The position numbers and the translations under genes were made by a program. DNA of 64,000 nucleotides from an uncultured Calditrichaceae bacterium (GTDB taxonomy: Bacteria; Calditrichota; Calditrichia; RBG-13-44-9), in assembly GCA_964495805.1 (NCBI GenBank), contig CAZBWV010000051.1, positions 8,973 to 72,972 of the forward strand, given 5' to 3'. Under the pieces are notes generated by a model, which saw only the letters and a program-made list of their open reading frames with translations, did no database searches and was not told the DNA's origin. Each line of letters opens with the position of its first letter. Position 1 is the first letter of the stretch. This document shows, one piece after another, positions 29,010 to 37,108 of this stretch.

Positions 29010-30443
29010 TCAACTGCCAATTTCCGTTTCATCCTCCCGAATTTTGGGTGCCATAGTTATTCCGGTGAAACCGAAAATGATGAGTATGATGACGGAAAGG
29101 TAATTCATGAAAGCGTAAGGTAAATATTCGAACGGAGAGACCCCGATGGTTCCGGTAACATACACACCGGCCATGCTCCAGGGAATGAGCGGAACGATGA
29201 TGGCGCCACTCTCTTCAATGATGCGAGAGAGATTTTTAGCGGCTAATTTTTTCCGGCGGTAAATGGGAGCCAGCAGTTCTCCCGGTACAATCATGGAAAG
29301 GTAGGAGCTACCGGTTACCAGGGCGGTGAGAATAGCTGCGCCCACGGTGGTGAGGACGATAGACCATACCTTTCGGGTAAACCGGGTGATTTTGTTGAAG
29401 ATGACTTCCAGCATTCCGGAACTTTGCATGATGCCACTGAAGCTAAAGGCGGTAAACGCCACCAACTGAACTTCCATCATGCTCATCATCCCGCCGCGGG
29501 AGATAAGGCGATCCACCACCGCCACTCCGGTTTGGGATTGATATCCGGTGTTCATAGCCCGGGCAACTTCCACCACGCTGGCACCCTGAAAAATCACTGC
29601 CAGCGCTCCGGCCACAAAGGAGGAAATGAGCATGCCGGGCAGCACCGGAAGTTTGCGAAAAGCAAAGTAAAAAACGATAATCATGGGAATGAGCAACCAT
29701 AAATTAAAACGGAAGTGCTGTTCCAGAGTCATCAGAATGGTTTGCATGGTTTCCGATTCCACGTGGGTGGCGGAATAGTGAAGTCCGATGATAAAATAGA
29801 TAAGAAGTCCTATCAGCCAGGCAGGAATAGCTGAGTACATCATGTGTTTGATGTGATCGAACAGGTTGGAGCCAGCGGCCACCGGTGCCAGATTGGTGAC
29901 GTCTGAGAAGGGAGACATTTTGTCTCCGAAATAGGCGCCGGCTACAATGGCACCGGCCGCCTGGGGTAACGGTACACCCAGGGCGGTGGCAATTCCAATG
30001 AACGCCACCCCCAGCGTTCCGATGGTTCCCCAGGAAGTACCTGTGGCCAGCGAAGTCAGACTGCACACAAAACTGGCAGTAACCAGAAAAAAACGCGGGG
30101 AGATGAGTTTGAGTCCGTAGTAAATCACCATGGGAATAGTACCGCTGATGATCCAGCTTCCGACCAGAATGCCGACCGCCAGCATAATCAGCACCGCCGG
30201 AAGTGCTTTGTGAATGCTTTCCACAATTCCCCGCTCCAGTACCTTCCAGGGGAAACGAAGTGCCACTGCAATGATGCCGGTAAGAAACGCAGCGGTTACC
30301 AGCAGTACCTGCGCTTTAATGTGGTACATCCCATAGCCTACGATGAGCAGAATCATCATGGCCAGAATGGGAGTCAGGGCGATCCAGAGACCGGGTTGGA
30401 TCGGTTTGCTCGATTCGGTACCCTGATTTTCCGATTTCGCCAT
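29010..30443 (-). CDS. NhaC-family Na+/H+ antiporter-like membrane transporter
   Basis: Multi-TM protein with NhaC-like blocks (GTIPMVIYYGLKLISP, GTSWGTIGTLGVAFIGIA, AGAYFGDKMSPFSDVTNLAPVAAG). Length 477 aa. Confidence 0.65.
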   Translation of the reverse strand: MAKSENQGTESSKPIQPGLWIALTPILAMMILLIVGYGMYHIKAQVLLVTAAFLTGIIAVALRFPWKVLERGIVESIHKALPAVLIMLAVGILVGSWIISGTIPMVIYYGLKLISPRFFLVTASFVCSLTSLATGTSWGTIGTLGVAFIGIATALGVPLPQAAGAIVAGAYFGDKMSPFSDVTNLAPVAAGSNLFDHIKHMMYSAIPAWLIGLLIYFIIGLHYSATHVESETMQTILMTLEQHFRFNLWLLIPMIIVFYFAFRKLPVLPGMLISSFVAGALAVIFQGASVVEVARAMNTGYQSQTGVAVVDRLISRGGMMSMMEVQLVAFTAFSFSGIMQSSGMLEVIFNKITRFTRKVWSIVLTTVGAAILTALVTGSSYLSMIVPGELLAPIYRRKKLAAKNLSRIIEESGAIIVPLIPWSMAGVYVTGTIGVSPFEYLPYAFMNYLSVIILIIFGFTGITMAPKIREDETEIGS

Positions 30444-30446
30444 ATT

Positions 30447-32018
30447 CTATTTCTCCTGCAATGATTGGGAAAGGATTGGGATCAGCTTGACCGAAAGCGG
30501 TTGCGGAAGACGCCGCACCGGGTAAAAATTGCTCTCCTGAAGAAATTCCGCAAAACGGTACTTACGACCGTTCCGTTGTTGGGCAATACTGTATGTGGAT
30601 TGGGGTTCCAGAATGAGCGGAAGAAGGTTTGCCGCTGGCTGATTGAGCGGAATCAGAATATCCTCTTTCGAGATGGTTACCTGCCCGGAAATGAATTCAC
30701 CGTCCACCATTAGAGCGGGTTTGTCCTCTTCCTGACGCGGGGTAATATGCCGGATGAAAAATTGTTCCACGGTGGCAAGGATCGGTGTTTCTACCCGGTA
30801 CATTCGGATGCGATGGCGGTTCAGCAACTGGATAAGCCGTTTCCGGGTACCGGGAATCAGATACGCCCGGGGCCGTTTTACACTTTTTTTAATTTGGACG
30901 AGCGGATAGAAATTGTCCAGCTCCCGAATTTCGTGATGCCAGGTGTACAGGTTAAAAACAGGGAAAGGGAGGGTGGGGTGTGCCGGATCGGGGAAGTAAT
31001 CCATCTGGATGTGAACGTAATCGGATTGGGTGGCGAAAGTGAGTAATTTTTCCCGCGCCCGGGTTACGGTGGTGAGAATCTGCCCGGTGTGGTCGCTCAT
31101 GGTGTGCAAAAACGCCAGGAGCGCAGCATGTTGCCCGAGTGTGCGCCGTTCAAGCCGGGTGGTTAAATCTCCGTAACGTTTTCCCTCAATAATGAACGAA
31201 AGGGTATTGTAGATACCCATGCTCTGTCGGCCATCGTTGATGTTGGTAGTGCTGAAGCGCAATCGCTGACCCTCGAATGGGCTGCCCACCACGTAACGGT
31301 GGAAAGTAAAACCGGATTGCTGGATTCGTTTACCGGTTTCCGGAATCAGCTCCCGACCCAGCCTGATGAGTGTGCTGTCGATATTCAGGTTGGTCACCGT
31401 GCCCATCATTTCTTCGGCATCTTTCACATAACCGTGTTCCACCCAGTTTTTTTTGATGGCGTTGTACTCGTGAACATCCAGCGTGACCTCCGGCATCCAA
31501 TCCAGAAACAATTGATGCAATGCCTGAGCTTCCGGTTCGCTTAAAATTACGTGATTCCGGTTTAAATCCATATTGTGAGCATTGCGTCGTTTACCGGCTT
31601 CGGCACCGTCGGGATTCACCTGAGGCACCAGAATCACATCCAGTGCGTTAAGCAGCGATTTTTCGGTGGTCAGAAGGTCTTTGGTGAGCAGCAAAGCCGC
31701 TTCCTTGCCAGATGGTTCGTTGCCATGTTGCTGGCAGTAGATGAGTATCACCGGTTTACGATCCCGCTGGCTGGCAAAATGCGGATCGGTGGTGAAAAAC
31801 AGAGCGGGAATTTCTCGCCCCTGTACCGAATGACCGATAATTTGCAGATTAACAATTTCGTTCTCCCGGGCCAGTTCCTTCAAATATTGCATCATCTCCG
31901 CATGGGAAGTAAGGCTCCGGAACCGGTGCTGTTCCGGAGGGGAAGTGAGCTGAGCGGCGAAAATACCCGAAACGATGGTCAAATGGAGCGCCAGCAGAAA
32001 GGAAAGTAAGCGCTTCAT
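30447..32018 (-). CDS. secreted M14-family zinc carboxypeptidase
   Basis: Signal peptide. HGNEPSG (M14 HxxE zinc ligands), and a second zinc-His region (TLDVHEY). Confidence 0.75.
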   Translation of the reverse strand: MKRLLSFLLALHLTIVSGIFAAQLTSPPEQHRFRSLTSHAEMMQYLKELARENEIVNLQIIGHSVQGREIPALFFTTDPHFASQRDRKPVILIYCQQHGNEPSGKEAALLLTKDLLTTEKSLLNALDVILVPQVNPDGAEAGKRRNAHNMDLNRNHVILSEPEAQALHQLFLDWMPEVTLDVHEYNAIKKNWVEHGYVKDAEEMMGTVTNLNIDSTLIRLGRELIPETGKRIQQSGFTFHRYVVGSPFEGQRLRFSTTNINDGRQSMGIYNTLSFIIEGKRYGDLTTRLERRTLGQHAALLAFLHTMSDHTGQILTTVTRAREKLLTFATQSDYVHIQMDYFPDPAHPTLPFPVFNLYTWHHEIRELDNFYPLVQIKKSVKRPRAYLIPGTRKRLIQLLNRHRIRMYRVETPILATVEQFFIRHITPRQEEDKPALMVDGEFISGQVTISKEDILIPLNQPAANLLPLILEPQSTYSIAQQRNGRKYRFAEFLQESNFYPVRRLPQPLSVKLIPILSQSLQEK

Positions 32019-32199
32019 GAATAGTTCTCCTGAGCTTTCGTCAAACGGTTGGTTTCCTTTTCAACCGCATATTAGGTTGAATGGTGGAACCATTTAAGTG
32101 CTTGTAGTTTCAGGTACAAATTGAAACGAAACAGATGTTTCATATTTGAACACAATTCAATCTTTTCCGTTGGAAGTCCCTGACTCCTGTTTGTCCGGA

Positions 32200-33069
32200 T
32201 TAGCTTTTACCTGCGTGTTCTTTGCGAACGTGATCCAGTGATTTAATGGTTTTCAGTGTTTTATGCTTCAGATCTTTACCAATCTGCCCCACCATCCCGT
32301 AAATCACCGTCAGTACAGGCATAACCGAGTTGGAAATGCTCACTGTTTCCACCGCCACCTGAATAATGTAATTGCTGAACTGAATGATGTGGCTGGTGGC
32401 TTTGTCGGTGAAAGAAATCACCGGAATATGCTTTTCCTGAGCGTAAGCGGCTGCCTGAATGGTTGCTTCCGAATAGGGCGGGAACGAGAATGCAATGATT
32501 GCGTCGTTTTTGTCCAGGTGAATAATTTGTTCCGAAAAGCTAAGCGCTCCGGCGGAAAAGGCAGCGGCACGAATCGAAACCCGATTGAGCAGGTAAGCCG
32601 TAAGCTGTGAGAGGTAGTAGGAAATACCCAGGCCCATGGTGTACACATGCCGGGCTCCTTCGATGACCTGCAGGATTTCGCGCAACTGATGAGGGTCGTT
32701 CAGCTCCAGGGTTCGCTGAATGTTTTCCACCGTTTCCTGAGCAATAAATTCCAGCGTGTTTTCGATGTCCTCAAAATTTTCCAGATGGGATTTGTAGCGG
32801 TAAATGGGGTCCAGGCTGTTGCGAATGGATTTGAGAAATTCTGCCTTCAATTCGGCAAAACCTTCGTAACCCAGTGCCTGAGCCAATCGCACGATGGTGG
32901 ATTTACTGGTGTGCAGCTCCTCCTCCAGCTCCCGGACAGAACATAAGGCGAATTTTTTGGGGTTTTCCACTATGTAATTGGCAATGATTTTTTGAGATCG
33001 GGTGAGCTGGGGAATTCGGCTGCGAATTCGTTTCTTTAAGTCCTCGAGATCGATTTTAATGTTCTGCAT
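32200..33069 (-). CDS. RpiR/MurR-family transcriptional regulator (HTH + SIS domain)
   Basis: N-terminal HTH_6 (LTRSQKIIANYIVENPKKFALCSVRELEEELHTSKSTIVRLAQALGYEGFAELK), followed by a SIS sugar-phosphate-binding domain. Confidence 0.85.
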   Translation of the reverse strand: MQNIKIDLEDLKKRIRSRIPQLTRSQKIIANYIVENPKKFALCSVRELEEELHTSKSTIVRLAQALGYEGFAELKAEFLKSIRNSLDPIYRYKSHLENFEDIENTLEFIAQETVENIQRTLELNDPHQLREILQVIEGARHVYTMGLGISYYLSQLTAYLLNRVSIRAAAFSAGALSFSEQIIHLDKNDAIIAFSFPPYSEATIQAAAYAQEKHIPVISFTDKATSHIIQFSNYIIQVAVETVSISNSVMPVLTVIYGMVGQIGKDLKHKTLKTIKSLDHVRKEHAGKS

Positions 33070-33194
33070 GGTTTTTTTTGAAGTGGAATTTAAAAACTAT
33101 TTTTTTCGAATAAAATTTGTTTTCCTCAAAGTTGTCTCCAGTCCTTGAGGGAACCGCCAGGGGAAAAGTGCTTTCTCCCTGACGGTTGCTGGTC

Positions 33195-34214
33195 TTAGAA
33201 TTGGATTCCCACGGTAAAGTGCTGCACATTGTTGAAAATGCCGAAATCGGCATAGGCGAAATCGATGACCACGCGGGTGCGTGCCGAAAGGGGCAAACGG
33301 AGTCCTGCTCCGGCTGTCAGCCCTTCCTCATCGGTATTGCCGCGATATCCGCCGCGCAGGAAAAACATCTCGTTATAAGCAAACTCCATCCCGAAGTTGT
33401 AGTGTTCCGGATTGTCGTTGGGATGCATGAGCTCGGCGATGGCGGTAAGTCGGGTTTTGCTGCTCTGCATCAAGGATTCCGCGCCGCCAATGATGTCCGA
33501 AGCGATGGAGATGCGCAGATTGGTAGGCAGCGGCCAGGCTTCGGTGCTCAGTTTGGCTTCTGTATCGGGATTGAGCTTGCTGTCCGGCATCTGGTCGTAG
33601 CCACGGATCAGGTCGCGCCCGTCCAGCTTCATATCCGTACCGAAGTTGGTCATAATCATCCCCAACTTAATTCCTCGGATGCCGGTGTTGAGCATCAACC
33701 CCAGGTCGATGGCATAACCGGTGGCTTTTTCGTTCCAGATTTGCTGGTGAATCATTTTGGCGGTAATGCCAAAGTGCACAAAATTGGTCATAGCCCGGGC
33801 ATAGGTCACCCCCAGAGCAAAATCCTGTGCGGCAAAGGTAAGTCCGGTTCCTTTGGGCTGGTCGATGGTGGTTTGCTCCATCTCATCCATGGTCAGGTAC
33901 TTAACCTGAATGCCAATGGCGTTGGTTCCGCCCAGCGGCACCGCTGCTCCCACAAAACCGGTGGAAATATCGGCAATCCAGCGGGTGTGGGTAAAGGTAA
34001 CCTCGTAAAAGTCCAGCTGGGCGATGCCGGCGGGATTCCAGTACAGTGCGCTGGCATCGTTGGCAATGGCGCCAAAACAGCCACCCATTCCCAGCGCGCG
34101 GGCACCTACCTCAATCTTTAAAAATTGTGCTGCGGTGGTACCCACTTTATTGAAGGCCAGTCCCTGAAAAACAAGAAAAAGGATGAGTGTAATGATGATT
34201 GTCAATCGTTTCAT
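33195..34214 (-). CDS. FadL/PorV/PorP-like outer-membrane beta-barrel protein (cassette copy 2; paralog of 9751-10776)
   Basis: Signal peptide. Motif EVGARALGMGGCFGAIANDASALYWNPAGIAQL shared with copy 1. Length 339 aa. C-terminal ...FTVGIQF with a terminal Phe. Confidence 0.6.
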   Translation of the reverse strand: MKRLTIIITLILFLVFQGLAFNKVGTTAAQFLKIEVGARALGMGGCFGAIANDASALYWNPAGIAQLDFYEVTFTHTRWIADISTGFVGAAVPLGGTNAIGIQVKYLTMDEMEQTTIDQPKGTGLTFAAQDFALGVTYARAMTNFVHFGITAKMIHQQIWNEKATGYAIDLGLMLNTGIRGIKLGMIMTNFGTDMKLDGRDLIRGYDQMPDSKLNPDTEAKLSTEAWPLPTNLRISIASDIIGGAESLMQSSKTRLTAIAELMHPNDNPEHYNFGMEFAYNEMFFLRGGYRGNTDEEGLTAGAGLRLPLSARTRVVIDFAYADFGIFNNVQHFTVGIQF

Positions 34215-34230
34215 TCGTTTGCTCCCATTA

Positions 34231-37053
34231 CTATTTAATTAGAGCGAATTTGCCAACATGTTGTTTTCCGTCCGGAGTTTTAACCACGTACACGTACACC
34301 CCGAAGGCCAGGTCCTGTTTGGACCGGGAAGTCAGATTCCAATCCAGAGTGCCGGAATCGCTATCGTGCTCCAGAACGTTCACCAGTTCCCCCCGCAGTG
34401 TGTAGATGTAAATGGTGCATCTGGGAGGCAGGTACATGAATTCAATTCGACGCACGTTTTTAGCGCGCTCCCATGCAGCATTGACCACATACGGATTGGG
34501 AACCACCCGAATCTCGCTCAGCTCGGACTCGGAAACGCTGCGGTACGAGTAACCGTTAAACCGCAGAGTGTACACGTCCGAGGGGGTATGGGTTCGCCTG
34601 GTGGTGACGTGAACCAGTTGCCCCTCGATGGGTGGTTTATTCAAACTGTCCTGAGGAGCATTCTTGACGGTAATTTGATAGGGCACTTCATCGATAATGT
34701 TCAGGGAGTACGTTTCGCCAATCTCCACATCCGGGTAGGGAACGTTGACAATATAAATGGGTTCGTCCTCGTCGTATTCCAGGTCACCGTCATCTAACAC
34801 AATGGCAGTTACTTCCTGATTGTAGGTCACATTCCACACCTCGAAAGGAACCGTTTCGGTAACCGTCACAGTGGGCGAGAGTCGGGTTCCCACTTTGGAA
34901 CCCCGGGCGGTAAAGCGAATTTCGTAGTCGGAAGTCTTCGCATCGAAATTGCCCCATTTGGAAATTCCTTCCACGTACCAGGACCCGGTGGTGTCGGTGT
35001 GTTCGGCACCCCACACGTTGCGACCGAATTCGTCGGTAATGGAAACAATACCGCCATTTTCCTCATCCCCGTTTACCCGCACGCTAAAGCCGTCCACCAC
35101 AGGCATCTCGTCGGTGTTGATGGGATAGTTGGTTAACTTCACTTCGCCGGTGGTGGCGTCTGACACATCAAAATGGACGCCGGGACTATCCGGAAAGGTG
35201 ATGCGGTACACGTGGTCGGTCAAAGCATCGGGATCGACGATGCGAATATCCAGACTGCCCTTTCCGTGTCCTTCGGTGTGCTCGTACGAGGCTTCCGGTG
35301 GTACAAATCCCAGTGGTCTGGGCTGGGGCATCACCTTCACAAAATTATCTTCCGTTTCCTTGGAACCTTTGGATGACTCGAAAGCCTGGATATTGTTGGC
35401 AGGATCGCCCTTGTCGTAGGCAGTGATGGTATAGGTGTAGATGATCCCGTTTTTCACATCGGTATCCACAAAGCTGTGCCGGATACCGGAATCGTTGCCC
35501 AGGTAGAAGTTCGCATTCAACGGATCCAGGCCCATGATGTTGTCTTTCAAATCGAAGGTTGCAATGGGCAGGTAGCCCACCAATCCTCCGCTGCCATCGT
35601 AAATGGGTTCGCCCCAGGTCTGGCCGTCATCTGTGCTCCGGTAAATTTTGTAGCCCTCAAAATCGTACTCGCCGGTAAAGGGATCGGCCACATGTTCCGG
35701 ATCGTCCGTCCAGTACAGAGTAACTTTCATATCTCCGGGAACGGCATACAGTTTTGGGGGTTTGGGTCCGCTGGGACCCTGGTAATTCTTCAGGTACATG
35801 CTTTTGGCCATTTCGATGTTGGCTTTAAAATCGTCCACGTTTTCGCCGCCACACACCACAATCACAGATTTAACCGATTCCCCCGGTGCCAGATCGAACG
35901 GCCCGGTGGCTACAATGTTTACCCAGTCGAACCCCATGGCTCCCTGGGTAAGGGTGTAGTCGTCCATGCGTACATCGCTGCCATGGAAAAAGTCGTTGCG
36001 CATGGGGGCGATGTTGGGATCGTTGGGATTGCTGGTGATAATGGGGAATAGCTGTTCGTCGGAGGTGGGGCCGGTATCCAGAAAGTAATGCGTGTCGGTA
36101 ATTCCCATATCTTTGGGGGTTTTCAGAAAGGCTACCCCGAACACCCCGCGCTCGAACTCATTGGGGTCGGTAATCTCCGGATCCAGCTCGTAAATCACGT
36201 CCCAGGGACCGGGATTCAGGCCGGTGCTGTAAGTAAAGTAAGCTTCGTCCTCGTATTCCCCGTAGTCGATGTCCATGTAGTAGCCCCACCAGCAGCTATC
36301 CAGGGTGGAATCCGTGGTGTTGGTGATGGTGACTTCGTAGAAGTGAAAATCGGCTGCATAGGGACGTCCGTATTCAAAATTTTGCACACGCAACTGGATT
36401 CCCAGCGGTGGGTGCTGAAGGTTGGTGTGGTCATCTAACATGCTAAAGGTAACGCGGTCGGCGGAAAATTCGCCCGGTACCGGTTGCCCGTAATTGGGGG
36501 ATTGGGGATTAATGTCCAGACGAAAATCGCCCGGCCAGTGGTGTTCGCCGGGTGTCTCCACCCAATTTCCCTGGTCGTCGAAGTAGCCGGTCGGCCAGGT
36601 TTCAGGAACATCGCTTACCGCAAGATGAGGATAGCCCTGATGTTTTAGCTCCTCCGGCTGATCCTTGGCATGGTAGTAACCCCAACTCCCCGGCACAGGA
36701 CTCCAGTCCTCCTGCCGGTAAGCGGTATATCCGTCGATGACATTGCCTTTACGGGCGAACAGAAAGGAGAAGTCGTCCACAGCATTGTCGTCCGAGGCAA
36801 TGGCCCCTTTGCTCTTCGGCCACATGAAGTCAAAAAATTCGGTTTGAAAATACGAATCGGTAATCTGGCCGAAGTTCATATAGCAATTCAGCAGTTCTCC
36901 CTTGTTCATAATGGCGTAACCGATATCCGGACCCTGAGCCCCTGGTTTCAGGATTGTGCCGGAGCCCTCATCCTTCTCCCGATCCGGATGTTCGGCTGCC
37001 ACCAGCGAGGAAATCAGCCAGATGATAATCAGAATTAAAACACTTCGTTTCAC
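34231..37053 (-). CDS. large cell-surface protein with variant extended T9SS-like C-terminal domain (cassette copy 2; paralog of 6455-9682)
   Basis: Signal peptide. Conserved blocks shared with copy 1 (YDFEGYKIYRSTDDG, VDTDVKNG). C-terminus VVPNPYVVNAAWER...CTIYIYTLRGELVNVLEH...GVYVYVVKTPDGKQHVGKFALIK. Confidence 0.75.
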   Translation of the reverse strand: MKRSVLILIIIWLISSLVAAEHPDREKDEGSGTILKPGAQGPDIGYAIMNKGELLNCYMNFGQITDSYFQTEFFDFMWPKSKGAIASDDNAVDDFSFLFARKGNVIDGYTAYRQEDWSPVPGSWGYYHAKDQPEELKHQGYPHLAVSDVPETWPTGYFDDQGNWVETPGEHHWPGDFRLDINPQSPNYGQPVPGEFSADRVTFSMLDDHTNLQHPPLGIQLRVQNFEYGRPYAADFHFYEVTITNTTDSTLDSCWWGYYMDIDYGEYEDEAYFTYSTGLNPGPWDVIYELDPEITDPNEFERGVFGVAFLKTPKDMGITDTHYFLDTGPTSDEQLFPIITSNPNDPNIAPMRNDFFHGSDVRMDDYTLTQGAMGFDWVNIVATGPFDLAPGESVKSVIVVCGGENVDDFKANIEMAKSMYLKNYQGPSGPKPPKLYAVPGDMKVTLYWTDDPEHVADPFTGEYDFEGYKIYRSTDDGQTWGEPIYDGSGGLVGYLPIATFDLKDNIMGLDPLNANFYLGNDSGIRHSFVDTDVKNGIIYTYTITAYDKGDPANNIQAFESSKGSKETEDNFVKVMPQPRPLGFVPPEASYEHTEGHGKGSLDIRIVDPDALTDHVYRITFPDSPGVHFDVSDATTGEVKLTNYPINTDEMPVVDGFSVRVNGDEENGGIVSITDEFGRNVWGAEHTDTTGSWYVEGISKWGNFDAKTSDYEIRFTARGSKVGTRLSPTVTVTETVPFEVWNVTYNQEVTAIVLDDGDLEYDEDEPIYIVNVPYPDVEIGETYSLNIIDEVPYQITVKNAPQDSLNKPPIEGQLVHVTTRRTHTPSDVYTLRFNGYSYRSVSESELSEIRVVPNPYVVNAAWERAKNVRRIEFMYLPPRCTIYIYTLRGELVNVLEHDSDSGTLDWNLTSRSKQDLAFGVYVYVVKTPDGKQHVGKFALIK

Positions 37054-37108
37054 AGGTTGTCTCCTTTACCAATCTATTAACTTCATTTAATTGGGCATTC
37101 GGGTTCGG

